A model generated the notes under the pieces. That model was not told where the DNA came from and ran no database searches. It saw nothing but the letters and a program-made list of their open reading frames with translations. Of a DNA stretch of 64,000 nt, positions 1 through 9,035 are shown piece after piece (the first letter of the stretch is position 1; each line of letters starts with the position of its first letter). The DNA comes from Escherichia phage 241, in the sequence record OR924452; one strand, 5' to 3'. Position numbers and translations under genes: made by a program.

Positions 1-726
1 GGTGATAGGACAGCCGTTGATCTTTTTCTTTCCGTGCTTGGTCACCCAGTCGTCACGGTTTGACAAGAATGCCGCGCCGTTGCGGTTGGACTCACTACCA
101 TCACGGTCACGCAACATGAACCCAGGGACGTCGATCTGATACATGTTGCCGAATACCATGTTCAGGGCTTCCAGGAAGTTCCAGGCGCTCAGGCGACCGA
201 AGTATTTCCACCCCATAGCCGTGTCCCATAGCTTAACGAATTGATCACTTTGCAGTTTAGTCTCCAACAACGGACGGAAAGCATCCATCTGAGTACGACC
301 AGCCAGCCAATCAATGTAGGACTGAACACACGGGATCATCTTCGATTTGCGATAGCGGCAATCTGTATCGAATCGCATACGATCGAAGTTCAGGTTATAC
401 CAATCACAGAATCGCTTGAACTCTTGTGGTGACTGAGGCGGTACAGGAAACTCACTATAAATCGTCCATGGGCCAATCCCATTATAACAACAGCCCCAAA
501 GGAACGCCATCCAGATCTTGCGCTCGATCTTCTCAAGCTGCGTAATGCCTTCAGTGACTTCAATCGCATAATCCATCAGACGAACTTGTTGGTTGTGTTC
601 TTCCGTATACGACAGCGCCTCCACCCATGCTTTGAGCAGATACATCCGATTCTCTGGCTTACGATAATCGATTGACAAATCAATTGGGTACTTCCATTCA
701 GCCGGAGGCGTATAACCTGTCGGCAT
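1..726 (-). CDS. Hypothetical protein, N-terminal 242 codons only; gene continues past the window start. Possibly a DNA-modification enzyme (speculative).
   Basis: Reverse-strand ATG at 724-726 opens a frame running to position 1 without a stop (translation begins MPTGYTPPAEWKYPIDL). Not in the ORF track because it is truncated. Confidence 0.5.
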   Translation of the reverse strand, partial: MPTGYTPPAEWKYPIDLSIDYRKPENRMYLLKAWVEALSYTEEHNQQVRLMDYAIEVTEGITQLEKIERKIWMAFLWGCCYNGIGPWTIYSEFPVPPQSPQEFKRFCDWYNLNFDRMRFDTDCRYRKSKMIPCVQSYIDWLAGRTQMDAFRPLLETKLQSDQFVKLWDTAMGWKYFGRLSAWNFLEALNMVFGNMYQIDVPGFMLRDRDGSESNRNGAAFLSNRDDWVTKHGKKKINGCPIT

Positions 727-727
727 T

Positions 728-1078
728 TTAGATAGATGCGTCATCCTTCACCTCGGCTTCGAGTTGGATATCTTCAGGGTTTAAAACGGGCTGGCCCAAA
801 GACCAAATTGGAAGGAACCGACGGTCATTGGATACTACCCAGATTTGCTTGGCGGTTTTCGTTTTTTCAGAAATATAATGCTGGGCATTAACCTGAGTCC
901 GTGCCAGCCCAATTTGCCGCCATGCACCGAAATCTTTAGAAGATGGATTGGTGTTCAGCTGGAATTGGGGAATGATTTTATTCTGTTCCGGATAATATCG
1001 GACAGCGTTAATCATATTGGCATCGCCACGATAGTCAACAGCAATAGCAATGGCATTGCGTGGAATAAGAATTTTCAT
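728..1078 (-). CDS. Hypothetical protein
   Basis: Track ORF 728..1102; internal ATG at 1078 is preceded by AAAGGA; tightly packed with neighbours on the same strand. Confidence 0.4.
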   Translation of the reverse strand: MKILIPRNAIAIAVDYRGDANMINAVRYYPEQNKIIPQFQLNTNPSSKDFGAWRQIGLARTQVNAQHYISEKTKTAKQIWVVSNDRRFLPIWSLGQPVLNPEDIQLEAEVKDDASI

Positions 1079-1079
1079 T

Positions 1080-1283
1080 TTAATTCCTTTTGAAACTTTC
1101 AATTATGTTGTAAACGAACGGCGTTAATAAAGCAACACCGCCCGAATAATATAACGCGTAAACATTCAATATTTCGGTTGAGTCTAATTCAACGATGCCC
1201 AAATATTTCATAACACCGACAAGCATAGCTGAAAAGCACATCACCAGACCGACGAACACAAAATATTTAGACATCTTTTTCAT
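1080..1283 (-). CDS. Small hydrophobic (membrane) protein
   Basis: 67-aa ORF with a hydrophobic core (FVFVGLVMCFSAMLVGV) filling the gap between two minus-strand genes. Confidence 0.35.
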   Translation of the reverse strand: MKKMSKYFVFVGLVMCFSAMLVGVMKYLGIVELDSTEILNVYALYYSGGVALLTPFVYNIIESFKRN

Positions 1284-1286
1284 TAT

Positions 1287-2201
1287 CTACACCTTACGCA
1301 TTAGCCCCAGAAGGGACACGGATGAGGTCTTTGGTTCTTCCTTGGCGACGGCCTTGTTTTTAGTTTTGGATGCCTTCTGCGGCTTCTCAGGCACTCTGTG
1401 AGCCAAAGGATCCTGACCGCCGACTTCACGCGTCATCGGATTGGTTTCGCAATAGCCGTAGAAATCTTTCGACATCAGATTGTTAGCGCGGCAAACTGTG
1501 CCAAGCTGATGATAGATAGCATTACCCACCACCCACAACGGGGCGTCGAACGGCAACATAGCCAATTCGCTATCATTCCCAGTCTTGAATTCTTGGGTGT
1601 TCGTAACCGTTTGGTGGTACAAAACGTCTTGCCCACTGTAATCATCCACGGCAACATTCCAGCCCAGCGCCAGCATTTCAGATTTCGACTTCTCGAACTC
1701 CTTGGAGTAAGATTCGTTGCGTGACCAGCCGGAATCCCCCGCTTCTTTACCAGAGCGTCCACGGATGCGGGCATCGTACTGATAGCGATCAGGATATGCA
1801 AAGTACAGCAGCGCCAAAGAATCAATCGGATAGTTCTTGAACATCCATTCAGGACGCCACTTGTCCGACAGCATCAGGGGTTCGCCCTCACACACCAGGG
1901 TATATCCCTGAGCCAGCCAACCCTTGACGAGGTCGCGAGCAATATCCCCAGAGCCTGTGGCAGCATGAATGGCGTCCATAGAGGTCCAAGACGCCAGGCC
2001 GGATTTATTGGACACTGTGTATTGGCCGACGAAGATTAACTTCAGCTCTTCAAATTTCAGGCCGAAGGGGCGCGTCTTATCCCCAACAGTGTACGACAAT
2101 TCAGTCGGCTTCAGCTTAGTGCGGAGCCACTCGATGAACTGTACGACACGAGTGCCTTTACCCGTGCCGCTGGTTCCTTTGATTACAATGATCTTTGCCA
2201 T
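1287..2201 (-). CDS. P-loop kinase; candidate nucleotide or DNA 5-hydroxymethyl-dU kinase (function inferred)
   Basis: N-terminal Walker A IVIKGTSGTGKGT; 304 aa; same-strand cluster with PLP enzyme and polymerase. Confidence 0.7.
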   Translation of the reverse strand: MAKIIVIKGTSGTGKGTRVVQFIEWLRTKLKPTELSYTVGDKTRPFGLKFEELKLIFVGQYTVSNKSGLASWTSMDAIHAATGSGDIARDLVKGWLAQGYTLVCEGEPLMLSDKWRPEWMFKNYPIDSLALLYFAYPDRYQYDARIRGRSGKEAGDSGWSRNESYSKEFEKSKSEMLALGWNVAVDDYSGQDVLYHQTVTNTQEFKTGNDSELAMLPFDAPLWVVGNAIYHQLGTVCRANNLMSKDFYGYCETNPMTREVGGQDPLAHRVPEKPQKASKTKNKAVAKEEPKTSSVSLLGLMRKV

Positions 2202-2506
2202 TATGCAGCATCCTCAATGCGCCAACTCACTCCACCCAACCAAGGTGCCCAAAACACGGCAACTTGCGGATGACCATTCTCAACAAACTTCACTTTATAC
2301 TGGTCATCAAAGTTATAGAAAATTTCGTCGTCATCAGGTGCCATACCGTTTTCGATCAGAACTCGTTTTAATTCCAACGCTGCGCCAACGGAAGTTGGTG
2401 GATTCTGATTACGGATGAAGTTGTTTACATGGATAATGATACCATCCATATCACTGTCACCGGAACGCTTGTCAGGGCTTTCTACAACTTTATTTTGTTC
2501 TTGCAC
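2201..2506 (-). CDS. Hypothetical protein
   Basis: 101-aa ORF, start overlaps the stop of the upstream gene (translational coupling). Confidence 0.45.
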   Translation of the reverse strand: MQEQNKVVESPDKRSGDSDMDGIIIHVNNFIRNQNPPTSVGAALELKRVLIENGMAPDDDEIFYNFDDQYKVKFVENGHPQVAVFWAPWLGGVSWRIEDAA

Positions 2507-2515
2507 GATGTGCTC

Positions 2516-3358
2516 CTATCGGACATATTGATAATGAGAAACCAGGCGATTCACCACTTCATCGAGGTTACGATTCAAGAAGTCAAAGTGGTTTTGGCCT
2601 TCTACATGCTTAATATAAAGCATATCCTCGCAATTCGAAAGATCCAGTTTTTCATAATTGCCCTGAGGGACGAAGATGACGAAGATGTTATTCAGGGCAC
2701 ACGGCTCAACATACTTCGGATTGTCGTCGATCAGGACATCGCCAGCAAGCAGATGCTTTTCATCCGTGCTCACGAACCCATTAATCAACGATTCAAAGTG
2801 ATGGTATATGAACTGACGCTTGCTGCGTTCGTGTTCCGGTTCGCATTTTGTAACTGCCACCATTTCCACTTGCTCAAACTTCTGAAGGAGAGCGGCCTTT
2901 AAATTCGTAAGGAATTCAACAGCCCCTGGCAGTGGTGACATTCTGGAATACAGATCAGGCATACGCCACCAATCCATCGGATCACGTCCTGTTGGCGAAT
3001 CCATCCACTGACCAGCAACGAATACACGGCGCGTTAACCAGGCCGGATGCGCGCGTTCACGCATGAGGATCGCCAGATCACCAGCGTGTGACATATAACA
3101 CTCTTTGGTGATTGGTTGAAATTCAGATGGGTAGTCGTGACATCCCATATTTTCCGCAGCGGCTTTAGAATTAGAAATATTGAACCATTCAACCCACGGC
3201 GATAGGGAATCAACCAGAGTCAAATCCACATCCACCAGAACGCGATATAACCCGCCAATTTTAGAACATGCGTCATACACACCAACGTGATTATTCATCA
3301 GATTTCTCCACATTGTCATAACCCGTTGCGGTGCATTGTTCTTCGGTGCAATCGGCAT
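2516..3358 (-). CDS. Hypothetical protein with HAD-like DxDxT motif (possible phosphatase/nucleotidase); start codon uncertain
   Basis: 280-aa ORF; motif VDVDLTLVD near the N-terminus resembles HAD motif I; alternative starts at about 3319 or 3313. Confidence 0.5.
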   Translation of the reverse strand: MPIAPKNNAPQRVMTMWRNLMNNHVGVYDACSKIGGLYRVLVDVDLTLVDSLSPWVEWFNISNSKAAAENMGCHDYPSEFQPITKECYMSHAGDLAILMRERAHPAWLTRRVFVAGQWMDSPTGRDPMDWWRMPDLYSRMSPLPGAVEFLTNLKAALLQKFEQVEMVAVTKCEPEHERSKRQFIYHHFESLINGFVSTDEKHLLAGDVLIDDNPKYVEPCALNNIFVIFVPQGNYEKLDLSNCEDMLYIKHVEGQNHFDFLNRNLDEVVNRLVSHYQYVR

Positions 3359-3635
3359 ACAGAACCACAGAAGATTCCTTCACGTAAGTGGTGCAGTGAT
3401 AGGTTTCATCTTCCTGGATGGAATCATCATAATTGCAAACAGTTTGCAACGGACCAGGAGTCGTGTTGTCCAAAGCTGCATGTGCCTTGATGGTGTCTTC
3501 CATCTTATTCACCGCTTGCTGATTGGTGAACGTCGGCGCATCGAGGTCAACAGTAGACGCAACGTCCAGAAGGGTAGAGCATGCAGTGGTAGAGAAAGCC
3601 AGAGCACACACCAGAAGAATCTTATTGAGTTTCAT
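3291..3635 (-). CDS. Secreted Cys-rich protein with signal peptide
   Basis: Internal start MKLNKILLVCALAFSTTACS is a signal-peptide-like N-terminus; six Cys in the mature part. Confidence 0.5.
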   Translation of the reverse strand: MKLNKILLVCALAFSTTACSTLLDVASTVDLDAPTFTNQQAVNKMEDTIKAHAALDNTTPGPLQTVCNYDDSIQEDETYHCTTYVKESSVVLYADCTEEQCTATGYDNVEKSDE

Positions 3636-3654
3636 AACAATACCTGTTGTCAAA

Positions 3655-3692
3655 GGGATAACAGGGGGAATTATATCCCCCTTTGTTTTATT
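3655..3692 (-). terminator. Hairpin with T-tract downstream of the polymerase gene
   Basis: GGGGGATATAATTCCCCC stem-loop followed by a T-rich tract when read on the minus strand. Confidence 0.4.
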
Positions 3693-3695
3693 GAA

Positions 3696-6692
3696 TCAAC
3701 CTTTCTTGCCCATCATGGACAACAGATTAACTCGACGTTTGTGAGACCAACCAACCACGTCTAGAATAGACTGAATCGGCTCTATGAAGGTCTTTTCAAA
3801 CGTGGTGTGGTAATCTACCCACTTATCCAGCCCCAACTCCGGAGGGAGGAAGTCAGGGAAGGCTATGCGGTCGTTCCCCACAGGGTTCCCAGGTTTCAGG
3901 TTAATGATTTTAACCTTATCGCCAGATTCTATCGGCGGGAGACCGAGGTCTTCATGCTTGTCTATCAGCTTGTTGTACATAATACAAGCCTTGGCAGCAA
4001 AGTGTGTGCCACTGATATAATTTCCGTTGCCGTCTAACCACTTCTCAATATCACTAACGCCAGAGGCTTGAGCAATATCATCCACGGTTAATTCCATATA
4101 TTCCTTCTTATAACCCGCGATCAATTCCTGAACTTCAGCCTCCGTCCCCAGAAGAACTTTCTCATAGCATTTAACCAGACGCTCACGACACCATTCCGGC
4201 GTTGTAGATTTACGCGCTTCCAGACCTTTGAATTTTATCTTTGGCTTCTCATACTTGATGCCTTCGCTATCGTATACCGCCATGCAATACATCTTCTTGG
4301 CTCGCCATACAGCAGACGATGCGATGACCTCACGTTCCCAGACCATGCGCTGCTCAAACCCGTTCATGGTATTACATAACAACTGCGCCCATTCGCTGGT
4401 TTTTGGCTGGTAATTCTCTTTGATCCATTGGTCAATGTTATCAACGAGTTTGTGATGGTCCTTTTCTTCAGGCCACAATTGCTTGACCAGGCGTTCAATG
4501 CAAATGTAGTTGGAGTCAGTATCACCCGCGATAACAAAATCCTGACCAGTAGTGCCGCAAAGTTTGTTCAGATAATCATCGGTGTGGCGTTTGTTCCATT
4601 TGTTGATCAGCTGGCCGGAAGTGGTGATTGCTTCAGCGATGTTGATGTTGAAGTATTCTTTAAACCAGACGTTGGAGATTGCGCCATAACCTGCGTTCAT
4701 CAAGATCTTCAGACCTTGTTGTAACGTGTCTTGAGCAACCCCCAGATCTTCCCACTTGTGCATGACTTCAGTCAGGTGATCAAGATCGATGTGCTTGTGT
4801 TCTTCATACCATTCAGGATCGTAGAAACGAGACTTCATGGCGGACTCAAGGTGGAAATCACCTTTAGACATTTCCTTACACCAACCAGCCCATTGCTCAT
4901 ACTTCAGGCCAGTTGCTTTCTCTCCTTTACGGTCAGCGTATATGCCTCGCATAATTTCGGAAAGGAAGGACATCTTCTCATTACTGAAGAACTGAACGTT
5001 CGGGGTAAACGAAACGTTATATCGGCGTAGTGTTTCAAAATGGAATTCGCCCAGCGCGACCAATTCATCAACAACTTGTATGCGTTCATCAATAGCACGC
5101 TGCAACTTGTCGTGAAGATTTTTGAGATGACGACGTTTATTCATCGGCGTTGTCATATCATTCATCGCTTTGGTCAATTCCTCACACATAGCCTCAATAA
5201 TATCACGGCGTGTGTGCTTATCAGAAACGATAGTCTCTGGACCAAGGTTGTATTGCTGTATGATGTGGGGATACAGGGAGTTTAAGTCCTCAGAGAAGAC
5301 CCAGAAATATATCCCTGGTGCAACCTCCATGACATATGCGCCTTCAAAATCTGTTGGTCCATCATAGACGCGCTGGATTTTCGGGACAATCCCCTTCTCA
5401 TAAAGACGATAATAGCACATCGCCAGCCACGGTGCTACAGTGCCGAGACCGTCTTCATAGTTGGATTTAGTGCGATAAGCCAATACAAACATCAGCTGTA
5501 TCAAACGCAGTTTTTGTTCTAAGCGCCACACCAGCTTGACGTCTTTGATACCATATCGCGTATGCTTGCAATAATCATTGAAATAAAGGTCATACAATGA
5601 TTTGCTTTCACTATAATCCAACTTCTTCTCACCGAGTTCACAATAAGCGATCCAGTCCAGTGAGTATTTTTCGCGGGTGGTGTAAGTGTGTTTCTTGTAC
5701 ACTTGCATGTAGTCCATCATTGGACAACCCACAAACTGATAAGACGTGACGTCGCCTTTACGGTCTTTGATGAAACGTTTCTTCAGTTTACCCCAAGGAC
5801 TGAGACGCTGGGCTTCGGATTCACCAAGAACCTGCGTAATTCGTTCAACCAAATAGGGACTATCGAACGTTTCAATGTTCCACCCCGTCCAACCGTCAAA
5901 TTGACGCTGCGACCAGTAGTTAAGGAATGAACGCAACAGATCCTGCTCGGTGACGAACTCCATATACTCAACCTGAAGCCCACCGATTTCAGGATCGTTC
6001 TCATCATACCTGAACTTCGCGCGATCCTTGGAACACGGCATGCCCCAGACATAGAATTTATTGGTATTCATATCTTGGAGCTGTATCAGCGTAATAGGGA
6101 ACGCCGCATTCATGTTCTGTGTGATTTTACCGTTACTGTCAATTATAGGGAATTGGTCAGTCACGTTGTTGGAAATAAAGGAACCAGGGAAATGCTCCCG
6201 AACGAAATCATGGTTGGCCAGTACTTGCTTATGGAAACGACGAACCCGCGCCTCGCTGCCTTTAAACGTGTGAGATTCAATCGTTGCGTGCGGGAATGGA
6301 CCTTTAGTCATTTCTCCGTCACGCCAACCAGCCGAGAACACTTCGATATCCACGTTGGCGATGTGGATATTTGAATAATCAGGTGTGATCATCCCAGGAA
6401 AACTATGGGCGATGAATTGATATGCATAATCCGTTTGTCCATACACCGCAGCCCCTTCGACCTCCTTGTACTCCTCAAGATAGTTGTCAGCGTCGCGCAT
6501 TGATGCAAACTTTTTAGACACCAACGGTTCGTTGAGGAGGCCAATCTTTTCAACTTTGGAATAATCAGCTGTGGGTAAATACAAGGTGGGTTCGAATTTC
6601 TTACGCAACATGCGGCGATTGCCGTTGTCGTCTGCGATACGAATCAGAAGGTCGTTACCCTGTCGGGCAACGTTCGTATAGAAAACAGTCAT
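3696..6692 (-). CDS. gp43: Family B DNA polymerase (T4 gp43-like)
   Basis: Exo I motif NVDIEVF, motif A LNSLYPHII, motif C VIAGDTDSNYI; start reset to the ATG at 6692 (MTVFYTNV) which has a GGAGA RBS; 999 aa. Confidence 0.93.
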   Translation of the reverse strand: MTVFYTNVARQGNDLLIRIADDNGNRRMLRKKFEPTLYLPTADYSKVEKIGLLNEPLVSKKFASMRDADNYLEEYKEVEGAAVYGQTDYAYQFIAHSFPGMITPDYSNIHIANVDIEVFSAGWRDGEMTKGPFPHATIESHTFKGSEARVRRFHKQVLANHDFVREHFPGSFISNNVTDQFPIIDSNGKITQNMNAAFPITLIQLQDMNTNKFYVWGMPCSKDRAKFRYDENDPEIGGLQVEYMEFVTEQDLLRSFLNYWSQRQFDGWTGWNIETFDSPYLVERITQVLGESEAQRLSPWGKLKKRFIKDRKGDVTSYQFVGCPMMDYMQVYKKHTYTTREKYSLDWIAYCELGEKKLDYSESKSLYDLYFNDYCKHTRYGIKDVKLVWRLEQKLRLIQLMFVLAYRTKSNYEDGLGTVAPWLAMCYYRLYEKGIVPKIQRVYDGPTDFEGAYVMEVAPGIYFWVFSEDLNSLYPHIIQQYNLGPETIVSDKHTRRDIIEAMCEELTKAMNDMTTPMNKRRHLKNLHDKLQRAIDERIQVVDELVALGEFHFETLRRYNVSFTPNVQFFSNEKMSFLSEIMRGIYADRKGEKATGLKYEQWAGWCKEMSKGDFHLESAMKSRFYDPEWYEEHKHIDLDHLTEVMHKWEDLGVAQDTLQQGLKILMNAGYGAISNVWFKEYFNINIAEAITTSGQLINKWNKRHTDDYLNKLCGTTGQDFVIAGDTDSNYICIERLVKQLWPEEKDHHKLVDNIDQWIKENYQPKTSEWAQLLCNTMNGFEQRMVWEREVIASSAVWRAKKMYCMAVYDSEGIKYEKPKIKFKGLEARKSTTPEWCRERLVKCYEKVLLGTEAEVQELIAGYKKEYMELTVDDIAQASGVSDIEKWLDGNGNYISGTHFAAKACIMYNKLIDKHEDLGLPPIESGDKVKIINLKPGNPVGNDRIAFPDFLPPELGLDKWVDYHTTFEKTFIEPIQSILDVVGWSHKRRVNLLSMMGKKG

Positions 6693-6771
6693 TGTTTGTC
6701 TCCGGTTAACCGTGCCGTCAGCACGTCCCCGTAATTTAACCGAGGAACGTTCAATGACCAAGGAGTTTAAA

Positions 6772-7344
6772 ATGGCAATCCCCTTTGTGAGCATGATTCC
6801 AGGGGCGCTAAAGCAACTCTGGAATCTTGGGACTGATTTGGTGCAATATAAGCGGGAAATTGTTCAGGCTAAACACGATGTTAAACTGGAGGCAATAAAG
6901 TCTTCTTCAGAATGGGAACTTTCTAAGATTACCGAAGTCGGCGGATCTTGGAAAGATGAATTCTGGACAATCGTTTTGGCTGTTCCCGCTATCCTTGTTA
7001 TGATCGCTCCGGTTGTGGAACTTCTAATGTTCCCCACCGAGTATCATAAAGGGGATTTCATCAAAGCAGTAATTGATGGTATGCAAGCCCTTGAAACAGC
7101 GCCTGATTGGTATACTGCTTCGCTATTGACAGCAATTAGTGCATCATTCGGTATCAAGGGGTACAACCATTACAAAAGCAATAGCCGGAAGGCGCAAGCT
7201 GTGGATGCTCTCAAACAGTTTGGGGTCAAAGTGGTTAACAAAGATCCCACTGTTGTTACTCAGTCGGGTTCTCCCGATCTTGAGTCTGCTCCCCCAGCTG
7301 GGTCTACTGCGACCTCTGGTGCGTGGCCTGATCTGAAGAAATAA
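6772..7344 (+). CDS. Membrane protein (single TM segment)
   Basis: AAGGAG RBS 6 nt before the ATG at 6772; hydrophobic segment FWTIVLAVPAILVMIAPVV; terminator follows. Confidence 0.5.
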   Translation: MAIPFVSMIPGALKQLWNLGTDLVQYKREIVQAKHDVKLEAIKSSSEWELSKITEVGGSWKDEFWTIVLAVPAILVMIAPVVELLMFPTEYHKGDFIKAVIDGMQALETAPDWYTASLLTAISASFGIKGYNHYKSNSRKAQAVDALKQFGVKVVNKDPTVVTQSGSPDLESAPPAGSTATSGAWPDLKK

Positions 7345-7348
7345 GTTC

Positions 7349-7376
7349 AAGGGGAGGAAACTCCCCTTTCTTTTGG
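7349..7376 (+). terminator. Rho-independent terminator
   Basis: GGGGAGGAAACTCCCC hairpin followed by TTTCTTTTGG. Confidence 0.7.
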
Positions 7377-7385
7377 TGTTAGGGA

Positions 7386-7598
7386 ATGAAAGTGGTAAAC
7401 AAGAGATTGCTCGTCACCCAAGGCGGGGCGACGATAGTACGTGGACGGATATATGAACAAACCAAGCTGGGTGATCATAAGACTCGTCTGACGGTTAAAG
7501 CACCCGACGGTGGTTGGCCAACAAAGGTGATTGTCCCAGACGGCCTCATAGAACGAGGGACGGCGACGTATAAGGGTGCAGAGTTCAAAATTTATTAA
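7386..7598 (+). CDS. Hypothetical protein
   Basis: 70-aa ORF between a terminator and a promoter. Confidence 0.4.
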   Translation: MKVVNKRLLVTQGGATIVRGRIYEQTKLGDHKTRLTVKAPDGGWPTKVIVPDGLIERGTATYKGAEFKIY

Positions 7599-7604
7599 AA
7601 TATT

Positions 7605-7644
7605 TATTGAATAAAGTTTACTTCTTCAATAACTGGCGTATACT
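7605..7644 (+). promoter_or_regulatory. Sigma70-like early promoter (TTTACT-16 nt-TATACT) with upstream TTATTGAATAA palindrome
   Basis: -35-like TTTACT 7617-7622, -10-like TATACT 7639-7644, 16-nt spacer; the same architecture recurs at 53223-53267. Confidence 0.55.
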
Positions 7645-7693
7645 TCTAATTGTAGTACGAACAAACAACAATCTGAAGAGAAGGAAATACATC

Positions 7694-8251
7694 ATGGCAA
7701 TCGAAATTATCGCTCAATCAAAATCAGGCAAGACTGTAATGTACGGCACTGAAGAAGGCCGCTGCATCATCAACTACGGCACTATCACTGGCGAGTCTCC
7801 AGAGAAAGGTGGTCGCTATCTGGTTGAGTACGGTTCACGCCTCCTGATGGTAAGCAAAGTCGATGGTCGTGAAATCATGATTCCTCGTAAAGAATACTTT
7901 GACTCACGCTCTGCCGCGATGACTTTCTTCCTCTTCCAGAAACGCCACGAACTCTTCGTTGAAGCGAAAGACGCAGGTCTGGACGACGCGACGGCTGAGC
8001 TGATTGCCGAAGGTAAAATGACTCTCGAAGCTGCTCTGGGAGACATGGATTGCGAAGCCGAAGCACATTATATTGAATATTCCGCATATCAGAACGAATG
8101 TGAAGATGATCCGGAAGACGACGGATTCGACCCTGACCTCCACGGCGGCGAAGACGATAACACCCCTTCCTTAGAAGTTCTGATGGCTGGCGGCCAGGCC
8201 GCTTGGGAATGGCAGAACGAGAAGAACGCCTGGCTGGATTCCCGTATCTAA
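7694..8251 (+). CDS. Hypothetical acidic protein
   Basis: AAGGAAA RBS before ATG 7694 (MAIEIIAQ); strongly acidic C-terminus; terminator at 8258-8283. Confidence 0.55.
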   Translation: MAIEIIAQSKSGKTVMYGTEEGRCIINYGTITGESPEKGGRYLVEYGSRLLMVSKVDGREIMIPRKEYFDSRSAAMTFFLFQKRHELFVEAKDAGLDDATAELIAEGKMTLEAALGDMDCEAEAHYIEYSAYQNECEDDPEDDGFDPDLHGGEDDNTPSLEVLMAGGQAAWEWQNEKNAWLDSRI

Positions 8252-8257
8252 TTGACT

Positions 8258-8283
8258 GAAGCCCCTTCGGGGGCTTACTTTGA
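8258..8283 (+). terminator. Rho-independent terminator (moderate)
   Basis: AAGCCCCTTCGGGGGCTT hairpin then T-rich tract. Confidence 0.5.
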
Positions 8284-8299
8284 ACTGAAGGACTATATC

Positions 8300-8452
8300 A
8301 TGATTTTAATCTTATGGTTTGTATTCACATTTCTGGCCATGGCCGACATCGGCAAATATCACGTTCTCCCAAGCGACCTGACCGTCCTACTATACGGCAT
8401 AGTTTCGTTTGTGCTGGGTTCCTTGCGCGCCCATATGAGGACTATATCATGA
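8300..8452 (+). CDS. Small membrane protein (50 aa)
   Basis: GAAGGACTATATCATG initiation region; hydrophobic MILILWFVFTFLAMA; stop overlaps the next start (ATGA). Confidence 0.4.
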   Translation: MILILWFVFTFLAMADIGKYHVLPSDLTVLLYGIVSFVLGSLRAHMRTIS

Positions 8453-8994
8453 GCAACCCAAAAACTCCTGTCCGTATCGCTGTTGAGCCTCTGCTGGTTG
8501 ATGCTGAGAATGCTGCTGAGCAGTACGCGAACAAAGTCATCAAGAACATAATGGACGATCTGGCCTCCAACGGCTGGGACGTCGAGAAGTGCGCTCCGTG
8601 GCCGTCTTCGGTTGGCGTCAAGTTTGGTGATCCAGATTACCAACGAATGAAATCAAAACACGCGCTCTACCGTTCTTTAACCCAGGCAGTGAATCCTTCT
8701 TACACACCTGGGAAGCCGGATATTGTCAAAGCTGATCCTGAGCGCCATGCTCTGTTTGTCAAGGAAGCACGTCGAAACGCCGCGATGCAGTATGAGTCTT
8801 TCATTTGTAAACTGGAAAACAAAATTGGTGGTCACAGCGCGGCTGTACTGAATGGTTCCCATGTATGGGGTTATTCAATCCTGACCGTGACTACACCAGA
8901 GGGTATCGAGCGCTGGAAGACTCAGACGATCATCAATGTGTCCAAGCTGGGCAAACTCTTTAACCAATATCCAACGAGGAAGGTGAAGGAGTAA
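8449..8994 (+). CDS. Hypothetical protein
   Basis: GAGGACTATATCATG initiation region (near-duplicate of the one at 8287); 181 aa; terminator at 9007-9035. Confidence 0.55.
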   Translation: MSNPKTPVRIAVEPLLVDAENAAEQYANKVIKNIMDDLASNGWDVEKCAPWPSSVGVKFGDPDYQRMKSKHALYRSLTQAVNPSYTPGKPDIVKADPERHALFVKEARRNAAMQYESFICKLENKIGGHSAAVLNGSHVWGYSILTVTTPEGIERWKTQTIINVSKLGKLFNQYPTRKVKE

Positions 8995-9006
8995 AATTAG
9001 AACAAC

Positions 9007-9035
9007 AAAGGGGCTTAATGCCCCTTTGTTTATTT
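9007..9035. terminator. Bidirectional terminator hairpin
   Basis: AAAGGGGCTTAATGCCCCTTTG with T-tracts on both sides, between convergent genes. Confidence 0.6.

Noticed and set aside
241-432. 63-aa plus-strand ORF near the window start
   Set aside because: Lies antisense within the truncated minus-strand gene at 1-726; no RBS.
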